From Acidimicrobiales bacterium (lineage in GTDB: Bacteria > Actinomycetota > Acidimicrobiia > Acidimicrobiales > RAAP-2): a stretch of DNA of 64,000 nucleotides. The position numbers and the translations under genes are program-made. Of this stretch, positions 1-8,544 are shown piece by piece. The DNA is taken from NCBI GenBank assembly GCA_035532415.1, contig DATKRB010000056.1, positions 11,435 to 75,434 of the forward strand, in the 5' to 3' direction. The notes beneath the pieces were generated by a model. That model saw only the letters and a list, made by a program, of their open reading frames with translations. It did not search any database and was not told the origin of the DNA. How positions within the stretch are numbered: position 1 is the first letter of the stretch; every line of letters begins with the position of its first letter.

Positions 1-1188
1 CCCGGTGAAGCTCGTGTTGGCCGCGAGGACGAGGATGAGCACGGTGCTGGCCTGCAGCAGGATGTAAAGCGCCCGGCCGAGCTCGCCGTTCCCGTACACG
101 TACTTGGCGATCTGCGAGACCACGGTGGGCGTCCCTACCGCGTAGGGCACCGGATGGACGAGGGCGGCCAGGGCGCTCACCCCCATCACCAGCGAGCCGA
201 GGATGAGGCTCATGACCACCATGGTGATGCGGGCGTTGCGCGCCTCGGGCCGGCGGAACACGCTGACCCCGTTGGAGATGGCCTCGGTACCGGTCAGGGC
301 CGAGCCTCCCGAGGCGAACGAGCGCAACAGCACGAACAGACCGACGCCGAAGAGGAGCCCGCTCCCCGGTTGCCCGACCGGCACGGCGCCGGTCACGTGG
401 ATGGAGTGGGCCGTCAGGCCGCCGTCGACCGCCCTGAACGAGCCGACGGCGATCAGAACGGCCATGTTGGCCACGAAGAGGTACGTGGGGACGGCGAAGA
501 CCTTGCCGGCCTCGCGCACGCCACGCAGGTTCACGAAGGCGATCAGCACCACGAGGACGATCGCGATCAGGGTGGTCTCCGGCGTGAGGGCGGGGAACAC
601 CGAGGTCGCCGCGGCCACGCCGGCGGCGACCGAGACCGCGACCGTCAGCGTGTAGTCGATCAACAACGAGACCGCCGCGACCTGGGCGACGTTGTGGCCG
701 AGGTTCTCCCGGGCCACGACGTAGGCTCCTCCGGCCTTCGTGTAGACCTTCACGACCTCGAGATAGGAGAGGGTGACGAAGGCGAGCACCACGATCACCG
801 CGACGCTGATCGGCACGATGAGGGAGAAGGCGGCCACCCCGATGACCTTGATCAGGGGGATCAACGCCTGCTCGGTGGCGTAGGCGGACGACGAGATGAC
901 GTCCGACGACAGCACGGCCAGCGCCGTCGTCTTGCCCAGGCGCTCCGAGCTCAGCTGCTCGGTGGTCAGCGCGGGGCCGAGCAGCCGGTTCTTCAGGCGG
1001 TACCGGAAGGACTCGGGAAACTGCGCCGCAGTGTCGGCCCTGATGGCGACCGGGCGCCGGCGGCCCGGAGGCGGCCCGGGCGGCCCGGGCGGCCCGCCTC
1101 GATCGACCTCGGTCACCCTCCCGCCCGCCGGCGAGACCGGGTCCGTCCCACCGGCGGCGAGCGGGGGTTCCACCTGCTTAACGTACAT
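1..1188 (-). CDS. APC-family amino acid permease (partial; C-terminus beyond window edge)
   Basis: Minus-strand frame is open from the window edge. My translation reads ...FRYRLKNRLLGPALTTEQLSSERLGKTTALAVLSSDVISSSAYATEQ...GGAYVVARENLGHNVAQVAAVSLLIDYTLTV...SNGVSVFRRPEARNA...ILLQASTVLILVLAANTSFTG, a multi-TM APC-type pattern. ATG at 1188 (alternative GTG at 1116). It is absent from the ORF track because it runs off the edge. Divergent from trkA, as in the mycobacterial Rv2690c-ceoBC arrangement. Confidence 0.8.
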   Translation of the reverse strand, partial: MYVKQVEPPLAAGGTDPVSPAGGRVTEVDRGGPPGPPGPPPGRRRPVAIRADTAAQFPESFRYRLKNRLLGPALTTEQLSSERLGKTTALAVLSSDVISSSAYATEQALIPLIKVIGVAAFSLIVPISVAVIVVLAFVTLSYLEVVKVYTKAGGAYVVARENLGHNVAQVAAVSLLIDYTLTVAVSVAAGVAAATSVFPALTPETTLIAIVLVVLIAFVNLRGVREAGKVFAVPTYLFVANMAVLIAVGSFRAVDGGLTAHSIHVTGAVPVGQPGSGLLFGVGLFVLLRSFASGGSALTGTEAISNGVSVFRRPEARNARITMVVMSLILGSLVMGVSALAALVHPVPYAVGTPTVVSQIAKYVYGNGELGRALYILLQASTVLILVLAANTSFTG

Positions 1189-1252
1189 GCCTCAGGGTCG
1201 GACGGGCGAAGCCACCTTTGCATCCGGCTCCGGACCGTGTTGCACTGTCCGG

Positions 1253-1903
1253 ATGCACGTGATCGTGGTGGGCTGCGGCCGAGTCGGTTCCGGCCTGGCA
1301 CGGGCACTCGTCGGCGAGGGCCACACGGTGGCCATCATCGACCGGCGCAAGCAGGCGTTCCGGAGGCTGCCGGCCGACTGGGCAGGCCAGCAGATCGTCG
1401 GGTCGGGCTTCGACCGCGACGATCTCGAGCGGGCCGGAGCGAAGGCGGCCGACGCGTTGGCCGCGGTGACGAGCGGGGACAACACCAACATCCTCACCGT
1501 CCGGATCGCCCGCGAGTCGTACCACATCCCCAATGTGGTGGCCCGGATTTACGACCCGCGGCGCGCCGAGATCTACCAGCGATTGGGCATCCCGACCGTG
1601 GCCACGGTCACCTGGACGATCGACCAGGTCCACCGGCGGCTCGTCCCCGAGGCCATGACCGACGAATGGACCGACGCCAGCGGCAAGCTGTCGCTGGTCG
1701 ACCGCTCGCTGCCGGAGCGGTGGGCCGGTCGGAGGCTGGTCGACCTCGAGGAGCCGGCCCTCGTGGGCCTCGTGGCGGTGACCCGGGCGGGCGAGCCCCG
1801 GCTCGATGCCCGCGAGCTGGTCGGCCAGGAGGGCGACGTGCTCCATCTGGCGGTCACCCACGAGGGTGCCCTGGTGCTCTCCCACAGGTTGCAGGGAGAA
1901 TGA
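1253..1903 (+). CDS. trkA: TrkA-family K+ uptake NAD-binding protein (first of pair)
   Basis: MHVIVVGCGRVGSGLARAL... Rossmann GxGxxG motif followed by an RCK C-terminal region. Internal ATG at 1253 within ORF 896..1903. Confidence 0.9.
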   Translation: MHVIVVGCGRVGSGLARALVGEGHTVAIIDRRKQAFRRLPADWAGQQIVGSGFDRDDLERAGAKAADALAAVTSGDNTNILTVRIARESYHIPNVVARIYDPRRAEIYQRLGIPTVATVTWTIDQVHRRLVPEAMTDEWTDASGKLSLVDRSLPERWAGRRLVDLEEPALVGLVAVTRAGEPRLDARELVGQEGDVLHLAVTHEGALVLSHRLQGE

Positions 1904-1907
1904 GCCG

Positions 1908-2588
1908 GTGAGGGTGGCCATCGCCGGTGCGGGAAGCGTGGGGACCGCCATCGCCAAGGACCTGCACGCGAACGGGCACGACGTGCTCGTGATCGAACAG
2001 GACCCCGAGCTGGTCGAACGGCTGCGAGACACGCTCGACATCACCTGGGTGGCGGCGGACGCCTGCGAGGTGTCCTCGCTCGACGCCGCGGGCATGGCCA
2101 CGGTGGACGTGGTGGTGGCGGCGACGGGGGACGACGAGGACAACCTGGTCATCTCCCTGCTGGCCAAGCAGGAGTTCGCCGTTCCCCGGGTAGTGGCTCG
2201 GGTGAACCACCCGAAGAACCAATGGTTGTTCAACGAGAGCTGGGGGGTCGACGTCTCCGTCTCGACCCCCCAGCTCCTCACCGCGCTGGTGGAGGAGGCG
2301 GTCTCGGTCGGCTCGCTGGTCCGCCTGCTGCAGTTTCAGGGTGGTAGCGCCCACCTCGTGGAGGTCACCCTGGCGGAGGACTCGCCGGCAGCGGGTACGG
2401 CCATCGCCGATCTGGGGTTCCCCCGTGACGCCACCGTGGTCGCCGTGGTCCGGGACGACCGGCTGGTCGTCCCGAGGGGCGACACCGTGCTGCAGTCCGG
2501 CGACGAGGTGCTCGTACTGGTGACGGCCGACGCCGAGGAATCGGTGGAGGGCCTCTTCGTCGGGGACCGGACGCTCACCCGGGAGTGA
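1908..2588 (+). CDS. trkA: TrkA-family K+ uptake NAD-binding protein (second of pair)
   Basis: VRVAIAGAGSVGTAIAKDLHANGHDVLVIEQD... In-frame GTG at 1908, 5 nt after the first trkA stop (1901-1903). Confidence 0.9.
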   Translation: MRVAIAGAGSVGTAIAKDLHANGHDVLVIEQDPELVERLRDTLDITWVAADACEVSSLDAAGMATVDVVVAATGDDEDNLVISLLAKQEFAVPRVVARVNHPKNQWLFNESWGVDVSVSTPQLLTALVEEAVSVGSLVRLLQFQGGSAHLVEVTLAEDSPAAGTAIADLGFPRDATVVAVVRDDRLVVPRGDTVLQSGDEVLVLVTADAEESVEGLFVGDRTLTRE

Positions 2589-2635
2589 CCCCACGCAGGG
2601 CCGGTGCAGAGGTATTGCACAGCGCACCCCGTAGC

Positions 2636-3496
2636 ATGGTGGGCGTGGTTGACGGTGAAGGTGTCGGCAGCGTGGCAGGCGGGGCCGGGGACGAGCTCGC
2701 TCGCGCCGCGTTCTTCGACCTCGACAAGACGGTTATCGACCGCGCCTCCATCGCCGCATTCGGCCGCCCCTTCCGCAAGGGTGGCCTGATCAACCGCCGG
2801 ACGGTCCTCCGGGCCGTCGCCTCGCAGCTGATCTACCTTCACCTCGGCGCCGACGAACAGCGCCTGGCCCGGATGAGCCAGACCATGCTGCGCCTCACCA
2901 AGGGCTGGGAACGCGAGCGCGTCCGCCAGATCGTCCGGGAGACGCTGCTCGAGACGATCGAGCCCATCATCTACGCAGAAGCGCTCGACCTGATGGAGCG
3001 GCACCGCCTGGCCGGGGACCGCGTCTACCTCGTCTCGGCGTCGCCCGAGGAGATCGTCCTGCCGTTGGCCGAGCTCCTGGGGGCCGACGGCGCCATCGCC
3101 TCCCGGGGCATGACCGACGACACCGATCACTACACGGGAGAGATGGCCCTGTACGCCTACGGGCCGGGCAAGGCCGAGGCGATGCGCGAGCTGGCCGCGA
3201 GCGCCGGCATCGACCTGCAGGCGTCGACCGCCTACTCCGATTCGGTGACCGACCTCCCGATGCTCGAGTCGGTCGGTCGCGCCGTCGTGGTCAACGCCGA
3301 TCGGGCGCTCGCCAAGGTCGCTCGCGAGCGGGGCTGGGAGGAGCGGCAGTTCACCAAGCCGGTTCGCATCGCCAACCGCATGACCCGCACCGCGCCGGTG
3401 GTGACCACCAGCCTGGCGCTCGCCGGCGCGGTCGTGCTCATCTGGCGCCACGGCCAGAGGACCCGGTCCACCGCGACGTTCAGCGCCGCCGCCTGA
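2636..3496 (+). CDS. HAD-IB family hydrolase (SerB-like) with C-terminal TM segment
   Basis: AAFFDLDKTVID (DxDxT motif I), ...YLVSASPEEIV..., ...AYSDSVTDLPML. Hydrophobic tail TAPVVTTSLALAGAVVLIW. Start ATG at 2636 is preferred over 2585. Confidence 0.8.
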   Translation: MVGVVDGEGVGSVAGGAGDELARAAFFDLDKTVIDRASIAAFGRPFRKGGLINRRTVLRAVASQLIYLHLGADEQRLARMSQTMLRLTKGWERERVRQIVRETLLETIEPIIYAEALDLMERHRLAGDRVYLVSASPEEIVLPLAELLGADGAIASRGMTDDTDHYTGEMALYAYGPGKAEAMRELAASAGIDLQASTAYSDSVTDLPMLESVGRAVVVNADRALAKVARERGWEERQFTKPVRIANRMTRTAPVVTTSLALAGAVVLIWRHGQRTRSTATFSAAA

Positions 3497-3544
3497 CGGC
3501 TACGCCTTCGGCACCCCGCAGTTCCCGGGGCTCCGCGGGAACGA

Positions 3545-3619
3545 TCAGGCCGTGCGCAGCCGCTTGGCAGCGACGAGACCGAGAGCTACGAGCACGGCGA
3601 CGACGAGAAGCTTCTTCAT
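3545..3619 (-). CDS. possible 24-aa hydrophobic peptide MKKLLVVAVLVALGLVAAKRLRTA
   Basis: ATG at 3619, TGA at 3545-3547. Single TM-like peptide. Not in the ORF track because it is too short. No strong SD. Confidence 0.25.
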   Translation of the reverse strand: MKKLLVVAVLVALGLVAAKRLRTA

Positions 3620-3690
3620 CCCGCCATCGTACTCCGCACGGCCCGGCCATTCAGGGCCCCCACCCCGCCGGTCCGGGGGGTCACCGAGAT

Positions 3691-3727
3691 CCCGTGCAGG
3701 CCCGTGCAGGCCCGTGCAGGCCCGTGC
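3691..3727. repeat. 10-bp tandem repeat CCCGTGCAGG x3.7
   Basis: Exact copies at 3691-3700, 3701-3710 and 3711-3720, plus a partial copy at 3721-3727. Immediately 3' of the sigma factor stop codon. Confidence 0.95.
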
Positions 3728-3734
3728 TCGAGTC

Positions 3735-4673
3735 TCAGACGGTCAGAAGATCGCGCGCGCCGGTGTCGGAGGAGGGATGCCGCAACTTCGACATCGCCCG
3801 GGCCTCGATCTGGCGGATGCGCTCACGGGTCAGGTTGAAATGCTCCCCGACCTCCTCGAGCGTCCGGGGCTCCCCCCGGTCCAGACCGAAGCGGAGCCGG
3901 AGGATCTCACGCTCGCGCTCGTCGAGCGGAGAGAGGAGGCGGCCGATCTCCTCGGGCAGGAGGGACACCGCCGCCACCTCAAAGGGCGACTCCGCGGAAC
4001 GGTCCTCCACCACGTCCCCGAGCTCGGCGTCGCCGTCCTCGCGCAGCGGCTCGGACAGGGACAGGGGTTCGGCTCGGAACCGGAGCGCCTCGACGAGCTT
4101 GTCCTCGGGCATCTCCACCTCGGCGCCCAGCTCCGCCAGCGTGGCAGGGCGCCCCAGCTTCAGCTCCAGACGAGCCTGGGCCTTCTGGACCCGGGCCAGC
4201 GTGTCCCCGGCATGCACCGGCAGTCGGATCGTCCTGCCCGTGTTGGCGATTCCCCGGGTGATGGCCTGGCGGATCCACCAGGTGGCGTAGGTGGAGAACT
4301 TGAAGCCCTTCCGCCAGTCGAACTTCTCGACGGCGTGCATGAGGCCCAGGTTGCCCTCCTGAATGAGGTCGAGCAACGGCAGGCCCGACGCCTGGTACTT
4401 CTTGGCGATCGACACCACGAGGCGGAGGTTCGACTGGACGAACGTCTGCTGGGCCTGCTCGCCGTCGAGCACCGCCCGCCTGAATTCCCGTTTCTTGGCA
4501 GGAGTGAGCGCCTTGGTGGCCTTCCCCATCTCCTCTTCGGCGTCCCGGCCGGCCTCGATAGCCTGGGCCAGGCGGACCTCGTCGTCCTTGGTCAGCAGCG
4601 GGTACTGGCCGATATCGGTCAGATAGAGCCGGACGAGGTCCTCGTCATCGCGCTCAATTCGTTCCTTTGCCAA
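3735..4673 (-). CDS. sigB: RNA polymerase sigma-70 factor, group 2 (SigB/HrdD-like)
   Basis: Regions 1.2-4 are all present: DLVRLYLTDIG, NLRLVVSIAKKY, LLDLIQEGNLGLMHAVEKFDWRKGFKFSTYATWWIRQAITR, RTIRLPVH, LDEREREILRLRFGL, RERIRQIEARAMSKLRH. The ORF could start at ATG 4760, but codons 4674-4760 are GC3-poor (cca aca cga tgt ... act agg gaa aga). TTG at 4673 preceded by GGGAAAGAG is preferred. Confidence 0.85.
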   Translation of the reverse strand: MAKERIERDDEDLVRLYLTDIGQYPLLTKDDEVRLAQAIEAGRDAEEEMGKATKALTPAKKREFRRAVLDGEQAQQTFVQSNLRLVVSIAKKYQASGLPLLDLIQEGNLGLMHAVEKFDWRKGFKFSTYATWWIRQAITRGIANTGRTIRLPVHAGDTLARVQKAQARLELKLGRPATLAELGAEVEMPEDKLVEALRFRAEPLSLSEPLREDGDAELGDVVEDRSAESPFEVAAVSLLPEEIGRLLSPLDEREREILRLRFGLDRGEPRTLEEVGEHFNLTRERIRQIEARAMSKLRHPSSDTGARDLLTV

Positions 4674-4824
4674 GGTTCCCGCTCTTTCCCTAGTACAATG
4701 GCCGTAGCAGGCGGCGGTTGCCGCCGGGGGACATCGTGTTGGATCAGCCGGGGCGTCCAAAGCGCGCGACCCGTGCGACTACAGTTTACAGGGCGCGTCA
4801 AGGGTGCGATCGCCTCCCGGCAGG

Positions 4825-4846
4825 GGCCTCCCGGCACCGGGAGGCC
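4825..4846. other. perfect stem-loop GGCCTCCCGG-CA-CCGGGAGGCC
   Basis: 10-bp perfect inverted repeat in the divergent region between the sigma factor gene and the dehydrogenase gene. The left arm is also duplicated directly (CCTCCCGGCA at 4812-4821 and 4827-4836). Confidence 0.6.
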
Positions 4847-4969
4847 CGTCACCTCGGGCGGGCCGGTGGTCGGGGCTCGGACGAGCCCGAGATCCTGGTC
4901 AGAGGCAAGGTGATCTGAGCATCCCACGTTCGAGCACCCCGGGTTCGAGCACTCCACGGAGGTACGGCG

Positions 4970-5788
4970 ATGACCAGTGACGAACGGATGCGGATCGGCT
5001 TCGTCGGCACCGGGCAGATGGGGGAGCCCATGGTCCATCGGCTCCTGGCCGACGGATGGCCCGTGCTGGCGTTCGCCCGTCGCGCCGAGGTCCGAGCCCG
5101 CCTGACCGCGGCGGGCGCCGACCTCGGGGACACGGTCGGAGCCGTTGCAGCCGGATCCGACATCCTGGTCGTGTGCATGTTCGACGACGCCCAGGTCCGC
5201 GAGATCGCCCTCGGGCCCGACGGGGCACTGTCCCGTCTCGGCGACGGGGCGGTCCTGGTGAACCACACGACGGTGACCCTCGGCGTCGTTCGCGACCTCG
5301 TCGACGTCCTCGGGGAGGACCGAGTGGTCGATGCTCCCGTGAGCGGGACCGCCGCGGAGATCGCCCAGGGACGCCTGCGGGTCCTGGTCGGCGGGAACCC
5401 CGAGACGATCGAGCAGGTGACCCCGGCCGTGCGTTCCTACGGCGACACCATCCTGCCGACCGGCGGCACCGGCAGCGCCACCCTCGTGAAGCTGGTCAAC
5501 AACCTGCTCTTCGCCGCGCACGCCCAGGTCGCCGAGGACGCGCTCAGGCTGGCCGGCGAGCTGGGCGTCGATCAGGCGAAGCTGCTCGACGCCCTGGCGG
5601 TGTGCAGCGGCGGCAGCAACGCGCTGCGCTACTCGCAGGTGAGCGTCGCCTCCGGCGGCAACCGCAATGGCGCAGTTCCGTACATCCGAAAAGATCTCGC
5701 CTCGTGCCGGACGGCGGCCGAGGAGCTCGGGGTCTCGCTCGGCTTCCTCGAGCAAGTGGCCACCTCGGGCCCACTGCCGTTCACCTGA
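4970..5788 (+). CDS. NAD(P)-dependent oxidoreductase, 3-hydroxyisobutyrate/6-phosphogluconate dehydrogenase family
   Basis: MRIGFVGTGQMGEPMVHRLLADGW (N-terminal Rossmann fold) and LVKLVNNLLFAAHAQ (family signature). Confidence 0.85.
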   Translation: MTSDERMRIGFVGTGQMGEPMVHRLLADGWPVLAFARRAEVRARLTAAGADLGDTVGAVAAGSDILVVCMFDDAQVREIALGPDGALSRLGDGAVLVNHTTVTLGVVRDLVDVLGEDRVVDAPVSGTAAEIAQGRLRVLVGGNPETIEQVTPAVRSYGDTILPTGGTGSATLVKLVNNLLFAAHAQVAEDALRLAGELGVDQAKLLDALAVCSGGSNALRYSQVSVASGGNRNGAVPYIRKDLASCRTAAEELGVSLGFLEQVATSGPLPFT

Positions 5789-5837
5789 TCGGGACGCGAC
5801 CCTCCCCCGCCCGCGACCGCCGGCCGCTGGTCCCCGG

Positions 5838-6500
5838 TCAGCGGGGCGGGGGCCCGCCGACCTCGTCGGGCCACGGGGCGAGCCCGGTGCCGATGCCGGC
5901 CTCCACCACGATCGACTCGAGCCCACGCTGGGTCTCGGCCGCCACGAGGGCGAGCCCGGGGACCGTGAGGAGCGCCTCGAGCAGCGCTTCGCCGGCCTGC
6001 CACGACTCCATCTCGTCCCGCAGCACGAGGCGGAGGGCACGGATCGTCGGCGCCTCCGTGACCGCGGACGCCCTGGCGAGGTGCCGACCGTAGGTGGCGA
6101 TCAGCCGGGGCACCGTCACCCGGTAGAGCGCGGACAGCCGCCGCACGTCGAGGGGGTCGACGGATCCGCCGATCGATCCCGACCGGGTGCCGGGCGCGTC
6201 GGGCGACAGCAGGGTGCCGGGGAGGGTCTCGACGGCATCGAACAGCGGGCGGGCGGCCGCGCCGAAGGGAGCGGTGAGCGCCTCGGGGTCGACGTGGTCG
6301 AGGGCGGGGAGCCGATCCGCCCACAGGCGGGCGTGCCAGGCGTGCTGATGACTCGACTCGAGAAGGTGCAGCTGAACGGCCGGGTCGGTGCAGGTGGCGG
6401 CCCAGGAACCCGTGATCCGGAAGAGCCGGTGCTCCATCCACCGGTAGCCGCCCACGAGAGCGCCGGCGTCGGCGAGCGTCAGCGTCGGGCCGTCATCCAC
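5838..6500 (-). CDS. hypothetical protein translationally coupled to nadE
   Basis: GTG at 6500 preceded by GAGGAGG (6-nt spacer). It overlaps the nadE stop (6493-6495) by 8 nt. Contains a His-rich helix LLESSHQHAWHARLWADRL. I recognise no family. Confidence 0.6.
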   Translation of the reverse strand: MDDGPTLTLADAGALVGGYRWMEHRLFRITGSWAATCTDPAVQLHLLESSHQHAWHARLWADRLPALDHVDPEALTAPFGAAARPLFDAVETLPGTLLSPDAPGTRSGSIGGSVDPLDVRRLSALYRVTVPRLIATYGRHLARASAVTEAPTIRALRLVLRDEMESWQAGEALLEALLTVPGLALVAAETQRGLESIVVEAGIGTGLAPWPDEVGGPPPR

Positions 6501-8274
6501 GGGAGGCCTCCTCGGACGGCGCCGGCCGGTAGTGATTGGTGATCGGCATCCTTCGATCCTTCCCGAACGCCTTGGTGGAGATCCGGACCCCGGGCGGCAT
6601 CTGGCGGCGCTTGTACTCCGCCCCGTCGACCAGCCGGACCACCCGGTCCACCACCCGCGGGTCGAACCCCGATCGGACCAGGTCGCCCGCCGTCTGGTCG
6701 AGCTCGACGTAGGCCTTCAGCACGGGGTCGAGCACCTCGTAGGCAGGGAGCGACTGATCGTCTCGCTGGTCCGGCCGCAGCTCGGCCGACGGGGCCTTGT
6801 CGATCACCGCCTCGGGGATGGGCCCGATCGACCCGGCCACGCCGTTCCGGTGGCGGCAGAGCTCGTACACGAGCGTCTTGGGGACGTCCTTGATCACCGC
6901 GAACCCCCCTGCCGAGTCTCCGTACAGGGTGGAGTAGCCCGTCGCCATCTCGCTCTTGTTCCCCGTGGTCAGGACGATCCAACCCCTGGCATTGGAGACG
7001 GCCATCAGCATCAGGCCCCGCAGGCGCGATTGCAGGTTCTCGTCGGTGAGACCCGCGGGGGGACCTCCCAGCAGGGGAGCGAGGAGCTCGGCCATCGCCA
7101 CGTGAGCAGCCTCGATCGAGACGACGCCGAGGTCGATGCCGAGCCGGGTGGCCAGCTCGGCGGCATCGGAGATCGATCCCTCGCTCGAGTACCGCGACGG
7201 CATCGAGACCCCGTGCACGAAGCGGGCCCCCAGCGCGTCGACGGCGACGGCGGCGACGAGGGAGGAGTCGATGCCGCCCGACAGCCCGACGACGGCATCG
7301 GTGAAACCGTTCTTGGCCAGGTAGTCGCGGGTGCCCAGGACGAGGGCCTCGTACACCTCGGCGGCCCGGTCGAGCGGCTCGGGGACGGGTCCGCGGCGCT
7401 CGCCCGCCCCGGGGTGTCGCGACAACCCCGTGACCGGCACCGACCGGAGCGGCTCGGAAAGCCCGGGGCCCGCCTGCGCGCCTGCGCGCCCCCGGGGCGC
7501 CGGCAGCGGAACATCCACGACGAGCAGGTCGGGAGCGAACTGGCGCCCCGCCCCGAGGAGGTTCCCCTCCGCGTCGATGATCAGGCTCGCCCCGTCGAAG
7601 ACCAGCTCGTCCTGTCCCCCGACCTGGTTCACGTAGGCGATCGCGCAGCCGGCCTCGGCGGCACGCTCCCGCAGCATGGCCAGGCGCTGCGCCCGTCGGC
7701 CGGCGGAGTAGGGCGACGAATTGAGGTTCACCACGAGATCGGCGCCGCCGGCGCCCAGCCGGGCGACGGGGCCGCCCGGGGGCCAGACGTCCTCGCAGAC
7801 GGACACGCCGACCGAACCGCCGGCGATCGCGTAGAGGTCCGGGGGGTCGGACCCGGGCTCGAACCATCGCTGCTCGTCGAACACCCCGTAGTTGGGGAGG
7901 AGTCGCTTGTGGTACACCCCGACCACCCGGCCCCCGGCACAGACCGCGGCCGCGTTGGCCAGGCGGCCACGATCCCCCGGCGGGGTCCCGAGCGGGTCGA
8001 CGAGCGGGTCGACGAACCCGACCACCGTCACGCAGCGGGTGGTCGCCGCGGCGATCTTGTCCAGCGCGGCCAGGTTGTCGGCGATGAACCCGGGCTTCAG
8101 CAGCAAGTCCTCGGGTGGGTACCCGGTGACGGCCAGCTCGGGCGTGACGCACAGGTCGGCCCCGAGGGCTTCGGATCGGCGGAGCGCCTCGATGACGCGG
8201 TCGACGTTGCCGTCGAGATCTCCGACGACGGTGTCGAGCTGTGCGGCCGCCAGCCGGAGGTAGGGCACGGTCAC
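6493..8274 (-). CDS. nadE: glutamine-dependent NAD+ synthetase (nitrilase domain + NAD synthetase domain)
   Basis: N-terminal CN-hydrolase domain (LRLAAAQLDTVVGDLDGN, PELAVTGYPPEDL, VCEDVW). C-terminal domain with the ATP-PPase SGGIDS motif (VVGLSGGIDSSLVAA). 593 aa. Confidence 0.95.
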   Translation of the reverse strand: MTVPYLRLAAAQLDTVVGDLDGNVDRVIEALRRSEALGADLCVTPELAVTGYPPEDLLLKPGFIADNLAALDKIAAATTRCVTVVGFVDPLVDPLGTPPGDRGRLANAAAVCAGGRVVGVYHKRLLPNYGVFDEQRWFEPGSDPPDLYAIAGGSVGVSVCEDVWPPGGPVARLGAGGADLVVNLNSSPYSAGRRAQRLAMLRERAAEAGCAIAYVNQVGGQDELVFDGASLIIDAEGNLLGAGRQFAPDLLVVDVPLPAPRGRAGAQAGPGLSEPLRSVPVTGLSRHPGAGERRGPVPEPLDRAAEVYEALVLGTRDYLAKNGFTDAVVGLSGGIDSSLVAAVAVDALGARFVHGVSMPSRYSSEGSISDAAELATRLGIDLGVVSIEAAHVAMAELLAPLLGGPPAGLTDENLQSRLRGLMLMAVSNARGWIVLTTGNKSEMATGYSTLYGDSAGGFAVIKDVPKTLVYELCRHRNGVAGSIGPIPEAVIDKAPSAELRPDQRDDQSLPAYEVLDPVLKAYVELDQTAGDLVRSGFDPRVVDRVVRLVDGAEYKRRQMPPGVRISTKAFGKDRRMPITNHYRPAPSEEASRG

Positions 8275-8330
8275 CAGCCTACCGGGGGGCCTCCTGCCTC
8301 GGCTTTCGGGCCCACGGTCCCGCCGGGGCC

Positions 8331-8383
8331 GGTCGGCTCGGCGCGCTCCCGGGCGGTCGGCTCGGCCCGCTCCCGGGTGGTCG
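8331..8383. repeat. 24-bp tandem repeat x2.2 (GGTCGGCTCGGCGCGCTCCCGGGC)
   Basis: Copies at 8331-8354 and 8355-8378 (2 mismatches), plus a partial third copy. Located in the nadE/glnII divergent intergenic region. Confidence 0.9.
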
Positions 8384-8416
8384 TCGCGGACCTGTTCACG
8401 ACGTGTTCATAATTGG

Positions 8417-8432
8417 GTAACGGCCGGGAAAC
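8417..8432 (+). promoter_or_regulatory. candidate GlnR box (GTAAC-n6-GAAAC)
   Basis: GTAACggccggGAAAC lies 113 nt upstream of the glnII start. It matches the actinobacterial GlnR a-site/b-site consensus gTnAc-n6-GaAAc. Only one a/b pair is convincing. Confidence 0.45.
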
Positions 8433-8544
8433 CGGACGCTGGCAGAGTTGTTGAGCCCTCCCAGGCGAAGAAGCCTGGCAAAGTTGCGGTGCCCCGTCGG
8501 ACGGAACGGCACCGAGAGGGCGGGATTCACAGAATGGAGCGCCA

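Noticed and set aside
154-1911. 585-aa plus-strand ORF (and 203..655, 1178..2281, 1854..2627, 2336..3451)
   Set aside because: It is antisense or alternate-frame to the APC permease, trkA and HAD genes. Composition is extremely R/G/D/H/P-rich with no motifs. This is a typical high-GC shadow ORF.
3552-4913. 453-aa ORF antisense to the sigma factor gene (also 4619..6040, 5056..6093, 5629..6441, 5667..6542)
   Set aside because: It overlaps genes with clear family motifs on the other strand or frame, and the translations are low-complexity.
6479-8412. ORFs 6479..8152 (-) and 6532..8412 (+) across nadE
   Set aside because: These are alternate-frame and antisense ORFs of a gene with unmistakable NadE motifs.
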